This document shows, piece by piece, positions 7,949 through 18,782 of a DNA stretch of 55,737 bases. How positions within the stretch are numbered: position 1 is the stretch's first letter; each line of letters begins with the position of its first letter. This DNA is from an uncultured Prevotellaceae bacterium (lineage in GTDB: Bacteria; Bacteroidota; Bacteroidia; Bacteroidales; Bacteroidaceae). Where the stretch lies: NCBI GenBank assembly GCA_937902455.1, contig CALELI010000144.1, positions 1-55,737 of the forward strand. Reading direction: 5' to 3'. The position numbers and the translations under genes are program-made. Under the pieces are notes generated by a model that did not search any database, was not told the origin of the DNA, and saw only the letters and a list, made by a program, of their open reading frames with translations.

Positions 7949-9400
7949 TCATTCTATTATAACCTTTGCGCGGCTGGAGTCGGTGTAGTTGAGCGACTGC
8001 TGCTTGCGTAGCCAGCGTTCCACATAGTCGGAACATGGCATCTGGAGGTCTGTTCCCTGATCTGTCTTTGGAGAGGTGCTTATTGACTTGGCATAGCTGT
8101 TCGTTACCATCTTGTAGGTGGCCTTCTCGCTGAATTTACTGCCGTCGAGGAGTTCTATCTTGATGCTCTTCGGATGCTTTGTCTCCTTGTCGATTTTCAT
8201 GACATATCTGATTCCGCCAACTATCGGAATCTGCTTCTCGTCGACGTCGAAGTCGTTCATGATGAAGTCGGCCACTTCCTTGCCTGTCATCTCATAGACT
8301 ATGGCATTGTTGCCAAATGGGTCGAGGGCGAGGAGGTCGTAGACGGTGAATGGTCCTACATCGTGAGTGTCGTAGCGCACGCCGCCACCATTCTGGATGG
8401 CGATGTCGGCTCCTGTCTCGGCTATGAGGGCATCCATCTCCATGTTGCCGAGTTCTTCCTTGGTGTTGAACGGACTTGCAACCTGTGTGAGTGCCTGCCT
8501 GAGGACTGGGCTGTCCTGGAAGGTCTCTACCAGTGCCTTCACTTCCTTGTTCTCGGAACTGTTCGTCCCGACGTTAATGAGTCTGGCTGACTTGGCTGTG
8601 ACCTTGCCTTCGCTGACCTCGAAGGTGGAGAGTGTGGCGAACTGCACCTTGTTCTTTGCCTGAGTGACCATCACTCCGTTATGATATTTCGCTCCGTCGA
8701 TCTTTGTGTGGGAATGTCCTCCGATGATTGCATCAAGGAACGGATATTTCATTGCCGTGATGGAGTCGGCCAGGTATCCATTGTGAGAAAGGAGAATGAA
8801 TATGTCGCACTGACTGCGCATCCATTCGTAATCGGGAATGACATCGTCGATGTTCCTGAAGGTCACGCCCTTGATGCGGTCGATGTGGCAGTCGGGGATG
8901 TTTGCCGAGTTTATCTGTATTCCACCAAGCAATCCGATTCTTACTCCGTTGGCATCAATGAATCTGTAAGGATACACATGTGTGCGCATTGTGTCCGGCA
9001 GGAAGACATTGGCACAGAGATAAGGAAACCTTGAACGGTTGATCTGTGTGCGTAATCCCTCGATGTTGGCGTCGAACTCGTGGTTTCCGATTGCCGAGGC
9101 GTTGAACCCGATTGCGTTCATCAGTTCGGTCATAGGCCGTGATGGTTCTGCATTGCGGTCGTTGTAAGGGTTGCCTGTACGGTTGTCACCTCCGGAGAGG
9201 ATGATCAGTTCGGGATAGAGACTGCGCAGGCTGTCGGCTACGGCTGCCAGTTTTGGCATGTTGTCGATATTGGCATGCATGTCGTTTACGCTGAGGATGT
9301 GTACCTGCTTCTGGGCGAGGATGGTGTTCTCGCAATATTCCCCCCATGAGCATGGGAGGAATGTTGCTGAGAGCAATAGTGCGAATTGCTTAATAGTCAT
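7949..9400 (-). CDS. Bifunctional metallophosphatase/5'-nucleotidase (UshA-like), secreted
   Basis: 483 aa. The metallophosphoesterase motifs are SVNDMHA, GGDNRTGNP, GNHEFD and GGHSHT. The C-terminal part is a 5'-nucleotidase domain, and a signal peptide is present. Confidence 0.85.
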   Translation of the reverse strand: MTIKQFALLLSATFLPCSWGEYCENTILAQKQVHILSVNDMHANIDNMPKLAAVADSLRSLYPELIILSGGDNRTGNPYNDRNAEPSRPMTELMNAIGFNASAIGNHEFDANIEGLRTQINRSRFPYLCANVFLPDTMRTHVYPYRFIDANGVRIGLLGGIQINSANIPDCHIDRIKGVTFRNIDDVIPDYEWMRSQCDIFILLSHNGYLADSITAMKYPFLDAIIGGHSHTKIDGAKYHNGVMVTQAKNKVQFATLSTFEVSEGKVTAKSARLINVGTNSSENKEVKALVETFQDSPVLRQALTQVASPFNTKEELGNMEMDALIAETGADIAIQNGGGVRYDTHDVGPFTVYDLLALDPFGNNAIVYEMTGKEVADFIMNDFDVDEKQIPIVGGIRYVMKIDKETKHPKSIKIELLDGSKFSEKATYKMVTNSYAKSISTSPKTDQGTDLQMPCSDYVERWLRKQQSLNYTDSSRAKVIIE

Positions 9401-9428
9401 TTTAAACTCTTAAACTTCTAATTATTTT

Positions 9429-11399
9429 TTATTTCTGTATTTGATAGAGTACGAATGTCTTTGCAGGAACGGTGACAGCCATTTCGGATGTCGTGATGGC
9501 GCCTGCATCCTGAGTCTGAGGAACATATTTCCGTGGAGCATCAAGGGTGTTCTCGCCATCCATGTCGTCGGCGTGGAAAGCGACTTTCGTCACTTTGTGG
9601 CTCCCCTTCAGGCCCTTGAAGCTGAGATTGATGTCCTGAGGCTTGCTGCCTGTGTTGACAATCTTGACGCAGTACTGGTTCTTGTTCTTGTCGAAGTTTG
9701 CACTTGCAAAGAGGCCTTCCTGTCCTTCGATGCCCTCGACTGGCTTACCGTCCCATGTGAGAGGAACTACGTTGGTACCCTTGTTGAGGGAGAACATCTG
9801 CTGAACATAGTAGCTGCATGAATTGAATGTGCGTAGGTTGTCGTACCAGATCATGTCTGGTCGCCACTGCCATCCGTCGATATGTGCAAAGAGAGGTGCG
9901 TAGGTTGCCATTTCCACTACATCGGCATTGCGCTCGACGCCTGTCATGAATGCTGCCTCGAGAAGAGCTGCCTCGAAATGATTCCACTTCTTTCCCTTGC
10001 CGTGACATGCATATTCGCCGGCAAATACCTTGCTGCCCTTGCGAGGATAGTTGTCGTAGCGAGGACCACTTGTAAGGAACCATGATTCAGGGCGATAGAA
10101 ATGTTCGTCGACGAGGTCGGCACCAATCTTACGCATTTCAGGCCAGAGGAATTCGAAGTCGGCACCTTCGCTGTTAGGGCCTGATGTTCCGATAATCTTT
10201 ATGCCAGGGTACTTTGCGCGAACCTGGTCTACGAATGGCTGAAGGTGGTCGATGTATGTCTGTCCCCACTGCTCGTTGCCGATAGCCACGAACTTGAGGT
10301 TGAATGGTGCCGGATGTCCCATGTCGGCACGGATCTTTGCCCATTTGTTGGTCTGAGGATCACCATTGGCAAACTCGATGAGGTCGAGGACGTCGTCGAT
10401 ATATGGCTGGAGCTCGTCAACTGGCTGATGAGCCTTCTCGCTCTGGTTCTGGAACTGGCAGGCAAGTCCTACACTGATTACAGGCAGTGCCTCGGCTCCA
10501 ATCTCTTCGCAAAGCTGGAAATACTCGAAGAATCCCAGTCCGTAGCTCTGGAAGTAATCCGGGAAGAAACGGTAGTCAAAGGTGTAGTGCCAGCGGTTCT
10601 CGTTCAGAGGACGGTTCTCTACCGGACCTACTGAGTTCTTCCACTGATAGCGAGTGTTGAGGTCTGTACCTTCTACGATACATCCTCCAGGGAAACGGAA
10701 CACGCCTGGCTTGAGGTCTGCAAGAGCCTGGGCGAGGTCTTTTCTCATGCCGTTCTCGTGTCCTTTCCATGTGTCTACAGGGAAGAGGCTGATATGCTCA
10801 AGGTCAACGACTGCGCTGTTTCTGCTGAGCATGACACGGAGGGTTCCCTTGTCGACAGTCTTGTTTGCCTTCAGTACAATCTGATATTTCTTCCATTCTT
10901 TTCCGCTGATGGTCAGTTCTTTCTCTACGAACTGCTGGCGCTCGTCCATTGTCTTAGGGTCGCAGAGCATGACACGAATCTTGGCCGTACCACCCTCTGG
11001 AGTGCGGGCCCATACAGAGAAACGATAGTCGGCACCCTGCTGGTAGCCAATTCCGAAATAGCCCTCATTCTCAAGACCTGAATACTTGTCGTTGTGTCCG
11101 CTGTAGCCGAGACGGATGTAGTGAGGACATTTGTCGAATGGTCCGTCATTCTGTAGCTTTATGTTCCCGAAGACGTTCCATCCCATGTAATGGTCTGGAA
11201 ACTCAAAGGAACGGTTCTTTACCAATTCGCCATACAGACCTCCGTCTGCTGCGTAATTGATGTCTTCGAAGAAGATTCCGTACATGGTTGACTGAATGTT
11301 TGCGCCAACCTTCTTTGTGTTGACTTCAAACTGCTTCTGGGCATGCATACTAAGACCACAAAGGCCAAGTCCCAGTGTGAGTGCGAATAATTTTTTCAT
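9429..11399 (-). CDS. GH51 alpha-L-arabinofuranosidase
   Basis: The motifs FRFPGGCIVEG and IGNEQWG are typical of GH51. The likely start is MKKLFALTLGLGLCGLSMHAQ (the track ORF extends to 11420). Confidence 0.85.
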   Translation of the reverse strand: MKKLFALTLGLGLCGLSMHAQKQFEVNTKKVGANIQSTMYGIFFEDINYAADGGLYGELVKNRSFEFPDHYMGWNVFGNIKLQNDGPFDKCPHYIRLGYSGHNDKYSGLENEGYFGIGYQQGADYRFSVWARTPEGGTAKIRVMLCDPKTMDERQQFVEKELTISGKEWKKYQIVLKANKTVDKGTLRVMLSRNSAVVDLEHISLFPVDTWKGHENGMRKDLAQALADLKPGVFRFPGGCIVEGTDLNTRYQWKNSVGPVENRPLNENRWHYTFDYRFFPDYFQSYGLGFFEYFQLCEEIGAEALPVISVGLACQFQNQSEKAHQPVDELQPYIDDVLDLIEFANGDPQTNKWAKIRADMGHPAPFNLKFVAIGNEQWGQTYIDHLQPFVDQVRAKYPGIKIIGTSGPNSEGADFEFLWPEMRKIGADLVDEHFYRPESWFLTSGPRYDNYPRKGSKVFAGEYACHGKGKKWNHFEAALLEAAFMTGVERNADVVEMATYAPLFAHIDGWQWRPDMIWYDNLRTFNSCSYYVQQMFSLNKGTNVVPLTWDGKPVEGIEGQEGLFASANFDKNKNQYCVKIVNTGSKPQDINLSFKGLKGSHKVTKVAFHADDMDGENTLDAPRKYVPQTQDAGAITTSEMAVTVPAKTFVLYQIQK

Positions 11400-11451
11400 A
11401 TTTACAGGTTTAGAATACATATAGTTTTAATTATTTTATGTAATGACTGTT

Positions 11452-11540
11452 GCTCGCCTGATGGCTCGTGCAAATGAGAGGCGACCAACAAACTCGTTTG
11501 AGTGCTATCCCGAGTGCAGCCGAGACAAGATTAAATCAAC
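11452..11540. repeat. Intergenic repeat element R1 (short copy), inverted relative to 5041..5210
   Basis: Reverse-complement match to both arms of the element at 5041-5210. Confidence 0.8.
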
Positions 11541-11586
11541 TCTTTAAAAAAAACATACAATGTGTGAAGAATTATGAATTATTTTG

Positions 11587-11594
11587 TAACTTTG
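11587..11594 (+). promoter_or_regulatory. Candidate -7 box TAACTTTG for the antiporter gene
   Basis: TAnnTTTG match about 25 nt upstream of the ATG at 11619. Confidence 0.5.
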
Positions 11595-11618
11595 CAAAGG
11601 TAAAAAAAATTTTTGAGA

Positions 11619-12587
11619 ATGCTACTATTAATTATAAAATTTATTTTCGGTGTTGTTGCAGTGTTATCAGGCGCCGACTGGCTGACCGAGGGTGCATCGG
11701 CCATAGCAAGGAAACTGAAGGTATCGTCGATGATAATAGGACTTACGGTTGTTGCCTTCGGTACGAGCATGCCGGAACTGGTTGTGAGTACGATTGCAAG
11801 TATCCAGGGTAATTCTGATATGGCCATAGGCAATGTGGTCGGAAGCAATATATTCAACACTCTTGCCATAGTGGGATGCACGGCATTGATGTGTCCGGTG
11901 GCCTGCAAGAGAAATAGTATTCTGTACGAGATGCCTATCAACATATTCGTGTCAGTGCTTTTTCTTCTCTTCGTAGCCGAGTGTTCGATGGGTGGGGTCA
12001 CTATTGACAGGATTGAGGGTGTCATTCTGCTGTTGTGTTTCAGTTGCTTCCTTGCCTACACGTTAATCATGGCCAAGAAGGACCGCAAGAGTGCAGACTC
12101 AGATAATCAGCAGTCAAAGGAATCTGGTTCCATGATTAAGGCCGTTATTCTTGTACTCGGGGGGTTGGCTTGTTTGATTCTTGGAGGTGAGTTCCTCGTC
12201 AATGGCGCGTCAGGAATTGCCAGGACATTGGGTGTGAGCGATTCTGTCGTTGCCCTCACTATTGTTGCTGCCGGCACGTCATTCCCAGAACTGGCAACCA
12301 GTGTGATGGCTGCAAGGAAGGGTGATATCGACATGGCTCTCGGGAATGTAGTAGGTAGCAATATCTTCAACATATTACTTATATTAGGTGTGTCTTCTAC
12401 CATTTCGCCTTTGCAGATTGGTACTATCACGAATGTTGACTATGCCTTCCTGCTTGGCTCGTGCGTGGTACTCTGGATATTTGCCTTTATTGGTAAGAGG
12501 AAAGTGATAAACAGGGTGGAAGGTGGTTTTCTCGTGGTTTGCATGATAGCATACTATGTGTGGCTCGTATATAATTCACAGTCTTAG
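11619..12587 (+). CDS. Ca2+/Na+ antiporter (CaCA family, YrbG-like)
   Basis: Two alpha-repeat motifs are present: GTSMPELVVS...GNVVGSNIFN and GTSFPELATS...GNVVGSNIFN. The track start at 11613 is a TTG, and the ATG at 11619 is more likely. Confidence 0.9.
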   Translation: MLLLIIKFIFGVVAVLSGADWLTEGASAIARKLKVSSMIIGLTVVAFGTSMPELVVSTIASIQGNSDMAIGNVVGSNIFNTLAIVGCTALMCPVACKRNSILYEMPINIFVSVLFLLFVAECSMGGVTIDRIEGVILLLCFSCFLAYTLIMAKKDRKSADSDNQQSKESGSMIKAVILVLGGLACLILGGEFLVNGASGIARTLGVSDSVVALTIVAAGTSFPELATSVMAARKGDIDMALGNVVGSNIFNILLILGVSSTISPLQIGTITNVDYAFLLGSCVVLWIFAFIGKRKVINRVEGGFLVVCMIAYYVWLVYNSQS

Positions 12588-13347
12588 GACAGGTTATCGT
12601 ACAGGCAGGAGTGACAAGGAAGTCAGTTTTCTGTCCGAGGCATCTCTTCATACTGGGGAGATGACTTGCCTTTTAGGACCGAATGGGGCGGGCAAGTCTA
12701 CCTTGCTGCGGACAATGGCAGGGTTCCAGCCTCCTCTTGAAGGGGGAATATCGCTTTTCGGCAAGCCGCTGACAGACTACAAGACCAGTGAACTGGCACG
12801 GAAGGTCAGTATTGTTCTCACTGACAACAGCCATATTCACAACCTGTCTGTCTTTGATGTGGTGGCCATGGGTAGAAATCCCTATACCGGGTTCTGGGGA
12901 CGTCTGAGCAGTCACGACAAGGATGTGATACATCAGTGTATGGAATGGGTGAATATTGAGTATCTCGCCAGTCAGCGTATAGATGCCATAAGTGACGGTG
13001 AACGCCAGAAGGTGATGCTTGCGAAGGCAATAGCACAGGAAACTCCTGTCATACTGCTGGACGAGCCAACAAATTTCCTGTATTATCCTGACAAGGTACA
13101 CATCATGCAGCTTCTCAAAAAACTGGCTCATGAGATGGACAAGACGGTGCTGTTCTCGACTCATGCCGTGGAACTGGCACTACAGATGGCAGACCAGATT
13201 TGGTTTCTCGACAAGGGCCGTATGATTACGGGAACCCCAGAATCATTGTGTGAAAACAGAATAAACGAATTATCATATGAAAAGGTTATTGACTGTATTG
13301 ATGCTATTAATAGTGTGCATCAGTGCAATGGGGCAGATGATCAGTGA
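12556..13347 (+). CDS. ABC transporter ATP-binding protein (FecE/iron-chelate-type), orphan
   Basis: Walker A is GPNGAGKSTLL, the signature is LSDGERQKV and Walker B is VILLDEP. The start codon is uncertain. The 3' end overlaps the next gene by 71 bp. Confidence 0.8.
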   Translation: MCGSYIIHSLRTGYRTGRSDKEVSFLSEASLHTGEMTCLLGPNGAGKSTLLRTMAGFQPPLEGGISLFGKPLTDYKTSELARKVSIVLTDNSHIHNLSVFDVVAMGRNPYTGFWGRLSSHDKDVIHQCMEWVNIEYLASQRIDAISDGERQKVMLAKAIAQETPVILLDEPTNFLYYPDKVHIMQLLKKLAHEMDKTVLFSTHAVELALQMADQIWFLDKGRMITGTPESLCENRINELSYEKVIDCIDAINSVHQCNGADDQ

Positions 13348-14992
13348 GGAGGAGGCTAAAAGGAATGCTTTCAGATTTCTTTCCTCGATAGGCAATAATG
13401 TCAAGGCCAGAGACGGACAAGATATAAAACTGAACCTCGAACATAAGGCTGGCAAGGATGGGAAAGTCTCATACTATGTCTTCAACAAGTCCGACGGAGG
13501 CTTTGTCATTGCGGCTGGTGATGAGGTTGCCGAAGAAATTCTCTGTTATTCTGCAACGGGAACATTCGACAAGTCGGATATATCTCCAAATTTCCAGTAT
13601 TGGCTCGATGAATACGAACGACAGATTTCCTTTGCACTGGAAAATAGTGTCACTTCTTCTGCTGTCAAGGCTGCTGCCTCTGAACGGACGGATGTCACTC
13701 CTCTTGTAAAGACAAAATGGGATCAGCTGGCACCATATAATAATATGTGTCCGAAACTGAATAGTTCAGGTACAAGAAAAGCCTATACAGGATGTGTTGC
13801 AACTGCAATGTCTCAGGTTATGCGGTACCACGAGTGGCCAGAGGTAGCTCATGGCTCACATTCCTATTATGACATATTTTCCGAGGAGGACCGTTCGGGA
13901 GACTTTGACGGGCATAGGTATGACTGGAAGAATATGCTTCTGACTTATAATGGAACCTACACTGAGAAGCAGGCAAATGCTGTGGCACAGCTCATGCTGG
14001 ATTGTGGCATTGCAGTGGAGATGGCGTATAGTGGAGATGGCAGTGCTGCGTGGTCGGAGAACATAGCTTATGCGCTGGTGAACTATTTTGGTTATGATGC
14101 AGGAATCAGCCAGGTCTTTCATGACCATTGCACCGATGAGGAATGGGCAGGGTATATCTATAATGAGCTAAGCAGTAATCGCCCTGTCATCTTCAGCGGC
14201 GAGACTGTTGATTATGCTGGTCATTGCTTTATCTGTGACGGCTATGACGCTGCTACGGACAAGTATCATTTCAACTGGGGCTGGGGTGGTTCGGATGACT
14301 GTTATTGTGCTCTCACGGCAGTAAAGGCTGGTTACGATAAGTTCAGTTATTATCAGGACATAGTCTTTGGCATTCAGCCTCCTTTAGCCGAGACGGTTGT
14401 GCCGATTAACATAGCCGCTATGGAAGGAAATCTCTATTACACATCAAAGATCAAGGATGATAAGACGACTTTTACGGTAAAGTACAGGACGATGTATGGA
14501 ACATCCTTCGTGTACAATGCCACTTATTGTGATGTCGATGTCCTTTTCACCATGAAATATGAGAATGTGGAGACTGGTGACTGCCATTATGCCGCACTTA
14601 CGGACATTGAAGCAAACAGAAAGTCTTTCAAGGGGATATATCCTCTTAGGGAAGGTGAGGATGGCTATGTGTCTTATGATGGCTTTAAGGATATTACGGT
14701 ATCGGATGTCATGGTTCCAGACCTTCCTTCTGGCAAGTATAGGGTCACTCTTGTCTATAAGGACTATCTTTATAAAGACAGTACTGATAAGTCTATGTGG
14801 CAAGAGGTCCGGACAGATGTAGGCAGTAGGAATTACAGGGAAATAAGCATTGACAATCCTGATGCGATAGACGAATTGCCAGGCATGTCTGTGCAGGACG
14901 TGCAGGTATACGACCTTGCAGGAAGAAAGGTGACGGTCACACCTGCATCCGGCATATATGTCATTAACGGAAAGAAAATACTTTTAAAATAG
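13277..14992 (+). CDS. C10 family cysteine peptidase (streptopain/interpain-like) with pro-domain and T9SS C-terminal sorting domain
   Basis: Signal peptide [20 protein letters not shown]. The catalytic Cys context is [18 protein letters not shown] and the His context is [11 protein letters not shown]. The CTD is ...[30 protein letters not shown]. Confidence 0.88.
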   Translation: MKRLLTVLMLLIVCISAMGQMISEEEAKRNAFRFLSSIGNNVKARDGQDIKLNLEHKAGKDGKVSYYVFNKSDGGFVIAAGDEVAEEILCYSATGTFDKSDISPNFQYWLDEYERQISFALENSVTSSAVKAAASERTDVTPLVKTKWDQLAPYNNMCPKLNSSGTRKAYTGCVATAMSQVMRYHEWPEVAHGSHSYYDIFSEEDRSGDFDGHRYDWKNMLLTYNGTYTEKQANAVAQLMLDCGIAVEMAYSGDGSAAWSENIAYALVNYFGYDAGISQVFHDHCTDEEWAGYIYNELSSNRPVIFSGETVDYAGHCFICDGYDAATDKYHFNWGWGGSDDCYCALTAVKAGYDKFSYYQDIVFGIQPPLAETVVPINIAAMEGNLYYTSKIKDDKTTFTVKYRTMYGTSFVYNATYCDVDVLFTMKYENVETGDCHYAALTDIEANRKSFKGIYPLREGEDGYVSYDGFKDITVSDVMVPDLPSGKYRVTLVYKDYLYKDSTDKSMWQEVRTDVGSRNYREISIDNPDAIDELPGMSVQDVQVYDLAGRKVTVTPASGIYVINGKKILLK

Positions 14993-14999
14993 TCACTAT

Positions 15000-15887
15000 A
15001 TGAAAGGAATAGTCTTAGCTGGTGGTTCAGGCACACGCCTCTACCCAATCACAAAGGGAGTCAGCAAGCAGCTGATACCAATTTTCGACAAACCGATGGT
15101 TTATTATCCGATAAGTGTACTCATGCTTGCGGGAATACGTGAGATACTCATCATATCCACTCCTTACGACTTGCCGGCATTCAGGCGTCTGCTTGGCGAC
15201 GGCAGCGATTACGGAGTGCATTTCGAGTATGCGGAGCAGCCATCTCCTGACGGACTTGCGCAGGCTTTCATAATAGGTGAGGAATTTATTGGCAATGACA
15301 GTGTCTGTCTCGTCCTCGGTGACAACATATTCCAGGGGTCAGGTCTTACCCGCATCCTCATGGAGGCTCGTCGTCAGGTAGAGGAAGAAAACAAGGCAAC
15401 AATATTTGGTTATTGGGTGAACGACCCTGAACGCTATGGTGTTGCTGAAATGGACAAGGACGGCAACTGCCTGTCAATAGAGGAGAAGCCTCTGAACCCG
15501 AAGAGCAACTATGCAGTAGTAGGCCTTTATTTCTATCCCAACAAGGTGGTTGAGGTTGCAAAGAACATAAAACCATCAGCTCGTGGCGAGTTGGAAATCA
15601 CTACTGTCAATCAGCAGTTCCTTAACGACCATGAACTGATGGTTCAGAAACTCGACCGTGGGTTTGCATGGCTTGATACCGGCACTCACGATTCCCTGAG
15701 CGAGGCAAGCACTTACATCGAAGTCCTTGAAAAACGAACAGGACTGAAGATTGCCTGTCTTGAGGGTATTGCCCTCGAGAAGGGATGGATCAGTCCTGAC
15801 AAGATTCGTCAGCTGGCTCAGCCAATGCTCAAGAACCAGTATGGTCAGTATCTTGTATGGCTGGCTGACAGGGCTGAGAACGGATAG
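15000..15887 (+). CDS. rfbA: Glucose-1-phosphate thymidylyltransferase
   Basis: [18 protein letters not shown]... full-length RmlA-like protein of 295 aa. Confidence 0.95.
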   Translation: MKGIVLAGGSGTRLYPITKGVSKQLIPIFDKPMVYYPISVLMLAGIREILIISTPYDLPAFRRLLGDGSDYGVHFEYAEQPSPDGLAQAFIIGEEFIGNDSVCLVLGDNIFQGSGLTRILMEARRQVEEENKATIFGYWVNDPERYGVAEMDKDGNCLSIEEKPLNPKSNYAVVGLYFYPNKVVEVAKNIKPSARGELEITTVNQQFLNDHELMVQKLDRGFAWLDTGTHDSLSEASTYIEVLEKRTGLKIACLEGIALEKGWISPDKIRQLAQPMLKNQYGQYLVWLADRAENG

Positions 15888-15889
15888 GC

Positions 15890-17599
15890 TTATAACCCGA
15901 TTGCCGGTCTATGATGTTCGATAGTCTGCTGGCTGATGCGATGAACATAGGTTGAATGTCTCGTTATCTCGCTCATGGCCATATTGAAGAATGTCTCCTG
16001 GCTTTTTGCGAATAGTTCAGGGGATTTCTTTGCGTCTCTCAGGATGAGTTGAGCCATCACTGTGTAGACGGTCATTTCGTACAGGCTCCTGCCACAATAG
16101 TCAAGCACTTCCTGGCTTTCCTGTGCCTTGACATATTCTGTTGCCTCTTCGAGCTTGTCAATCATGAAGTTGATGTCGTCATTCTTCCATTCCGACTCCT
16201 TGATGAAATTGAGGTAGGTTCCGTTTGTGATGTATCTGAGTGCAGCGACAACCTGAAGTTGTGTCGTTCCTTCATATATACTTGTGATGCGGGCATCCCT
16301 GTAGAGTCGCTGGCATCTGTATTCCTGCATGTACCCGCTTCCTCCATGAATCTGGATGGCATCGTAAGTACTCTGGTTGGAGAATTCCGAATTGATGCCC
16401 TTGGCAAGTGGAGTGAAAGCATCGGCCAATCGGGAGTAGGCCTTCAGCTCCTTCCTCTCATCGGGAGTGAGCTGACGCTCGCGACTGGTATACTCGAGGA
16501 TCTTGTAGACGTCAACATATTTGGCACACTCATAGAGCAATGTCCTTCCTGCGTCCAGACGTGCCTTTATCTTGCCGATCATCTCATACACTGCAGGGAA
16601 CTGAATTATTTCCTTTCCGTACTGCTTCCTGTCGTTGGCATAGGCTACTGCTTCTTCGTATGCTGCCTGTTGCAGACCCACCGACTGAGCTGCAATGCCC
16701 AGTCGTGCTCCGTTCATGAGTGACATCACATAGCGGATGAGACCAAGTTTTCTGTCACCGATAAGCTCAGCCTTTGCATTCCGGAACACCAGCTCGCATG
16801 TAGGACTTCCGTGGATTCCCAGTTTGTTCTCGATTCGTCTCACCGTCAGTTCCTTGCCGTTGTTGGCCTTGTTCTCTCGGTTGTCATAGATAAACATCGA
16901 GAGGCCTCGCCCGTCAGTAGTTCCTTCCTCGCTTCTTGCCAGGACGAGATGGATGTCGCTGTCACCGTTAGTGATGAAGCGTTTCACTCCGTTCAGGTAC
17001 CAGCAGTTATCCTCTTCCGAGAATGTGGCTTTAAGCCTTACGGACTGTAGGTCACTGCCGGCATCGGGTTCTGTGAGGTCCATCGACATTGTGGCCCCAT
17101 TGCATACAAGAGGGACATATTTCTTCCTCTGCTCATCTGTACCGAAGGAATAGAGGGTTTCGATGCAGTCCTGCAACGACCATACATTCTCGAATCCTGC
17201 ATCACCCGAGCTGATAATCTCGTTTACTGCCGTGTAGACGGTAAGTGGCAGATTCAGACCGCCATACATTCGTGGCATGGTGATTCCGCAGAGCCCGGCT
17301 TTCACGATGGCATCAAGATCTTCCGCAGTCTTGGCTGCAAATATCACTCGACCATTCTCACAGTGAGGGCCCTCATGGTCAATGGCTTCTGCGTTCGGAC
17401 TGATGACATTTGCATTGATGTCGCCTACTACGTCCAGTACTCTGTCGTAGGAGTCAAGGGCATCGTCAAGGTCTTTAGGCGCATAGTCGTATTCCGCAGC
17501 TTCGGTAAAGTCCTTTTCCCTCAGGCTGACGATTCGTCCCATCAGGTCGTTATTCTCAAGATGGAACCGATATTCTGGATTCTCTCTGTATGTATTCAT
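15890..17599 (-). CDS. Acyl-CoA dehydrogenase (long form), last gene of the etfB-etfA-acd operon
   Basis: 569 aa with ACAD N-terminal, middle and C-terminal domain motifs (...IHGGSGYMQEY...). It lies downstream of etfBA on the same strand. Confidence 0.85.
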   Translation of the reverse strand: MNTYRENPEYRFHLENNDLMGRIVSLREKDFTEAAEYDYAPKDLDDALDSYDRVLDVVGDINANVISPNAEAIDHEGPHCENGRVIFAAKTAEDLDAIVKAGLCGITMPRMYGGLNLPLTVYTAVNEIISSGDAGFENVWSLQDCIETLYSFGTDEQRKKYVPLVCNGATMSMDLTEPDAGSDLQSVRLKATFSEEDNCWYLNGVKRFITNGDSDIHLVLARSEEGTTDGRGLSMFIYDNRENKANNGKELTVRRIENKLGIHGSPTCELVFRNAKAELIGDRKLGLIRYVMSLMNGARLGIAAQSVGLQQAAYEEAVAYANDRKQYGKEIIQFPAVYEMIGKIKARLDAGRTLLYECAKYVDVYKILEYTSRERQLTPDERKELKAYSRLADAFTPLAKGINSEFSNQSTYDAIQIHGGSGYMQEYRCQRLYRDARITSIYEGTTQLQVVAALRYITNGTYLNFIKESEWKNDDINFMIDKLEEATEYVKAQESQEVLDYCGRSLYEMTVYTVMAQLILRDAKKSPELFAKSQETFFNMAMSEITRHSTYVHRISQQTIEHHRPAIGL

Positions 17600-17610
17600 T
17601 TATTTAAATT

Positions 17611-17750
17611 TTAACCTATAACCTTTATTGCCATTAGCCATTGGCTGTTAGTCATTTTACATTAGTCATTCATTGTTAACTGTTAACTATTAACTGATAA
17701 CTAAATTTAAAACTGGCTCTCAACTCTAAACTCTACACTCTACACTCTAA
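17611..17750. repeat. Intergenic spacer built from heptamer-periodic tracts (gccatta, ttaactn, ctctaca)
   Basis: ccattagccattggctgttagtcatt...ttaactgttaactattaactgataact...ctctaaactctacactctacactcta. Confidence 0.8.
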
Positions 17751-18778
17751 TTTTTATAGTACTTCATCAGCTTAGGCAATACGTCCTCCACATTACCCAC
17801 TATCTTGTAGTCGGCTATCTGAGAGATTGGTGCATCGGGGTCGTTGTTGATGGAGATGATGATTCCCGATTCCTTCATTCCGGCGACGTGCTGGATTGCA
17901 CCGCTGATGCCACATGCTATGTACACCTTCGGACGGACAGTCACGCCCGTCTGGCCTATCTGTCTGTCGTGGTCAACCCATCCTGCATCTACGGCAGCGC
18001 GACTGGCACCTACCTCTGCGTGGATTTCCTTTGCGAAGTCGAACAGGAGCTTGAAACCTTCCTTGCTTCCCACTCCGTAGCCACCTGCAACGATGATGTT
18101 AGCGCCTTTCAGGTTGTGCCTTGCTGCCTCTACATGGCGGTCAAGGACTTTCACCACGAAGTCAGCATCGCTGACGTATTTGCTTACATCGTGTCTTATG
18201 ACCTTATAATTGTCGTTCCTCACTTCCTTCTTCGCCATCACTCCGTCTCTCACTGTTGCCATCTGAGGACGATGTTCCGGATTGACGATAGTAGCTATGA
18301 TACTTCCTCCGAATGCCGGACGAATCTGCATCAGCTGGTTCTCGTAATGCTTCTCTTCGAACTCGCCCTTCTCGTTCTTCACCTTCATGTCGAAGTCGTC
18401 AATCTCCAGATGGGTGCAGTCGGCGGTAAGTCCGCTACCGAGTGCTGACGACACGCGTGGGCCAAGATCCCGCCCAATCACCGTTGCGCCCATGAGACAT
18501 ATCTGTGGCTGTTCTTCCCTGAAGAGTTGCACTATGATTGATGTGTGAGGAAGGGTAGTGTATGGGAAGAGCCTCTTGTCGTCGAAGACATGAATCTTGT
18601 CTGGACCATAAGGAGCAACCTGCTTTTCGATGCCGTCGAGTCCGTCACCTATGCAGATACATTCAAGGTCTGTCTGCAACCTGTCGGCCAGTTCACGTCC
18701 CTTGGTCAGCAGTTCCTGGCTTACTTCAGCCACCTTGTTCTGCTCACCTATTTCTATATATACAAATACACTGTCCAT
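17747..18778 (-). CDS. etfA: Electron transfer flavoprotein subunit alpha
   Basis: 343 aa of the FixB/EtfA family, with the FAD-binding C-terminal part ...YIACGISGAIQHVAGM... Confidence 0.92.
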   Translation of the reverse strand: MDSVFVYIEIGEQNKVAEVSQELLTKGRELADRLQTDLECICIGDGLDGIEKQVAPYGPDKIHVFDDKRLFPYTTLPHTSIIVQLFREEQPQICLMGATVIGRDLGPRVSSALGSGLTADCTHLEIDDFDMKVKNEKGEFEEKHYENQLMQIRPAFGGSIIATIVNPEHRPQMATVRDGVMAKKEVRNDNYKVIRHDVSKYVSDADFVVKVLDRHVEAARHNLKGANIIVAGGYGVGSKEGFKLLFDFAKEIHAEVGASRAAVDAGWVDHDRQIGQTGVTVRPKVYIACGISGAIQHVAGMKESGIIISINNDPDAPISQIADYKIVGNVEDVLPKLMKYYKN

Positions 18779-18782
18779 AATT

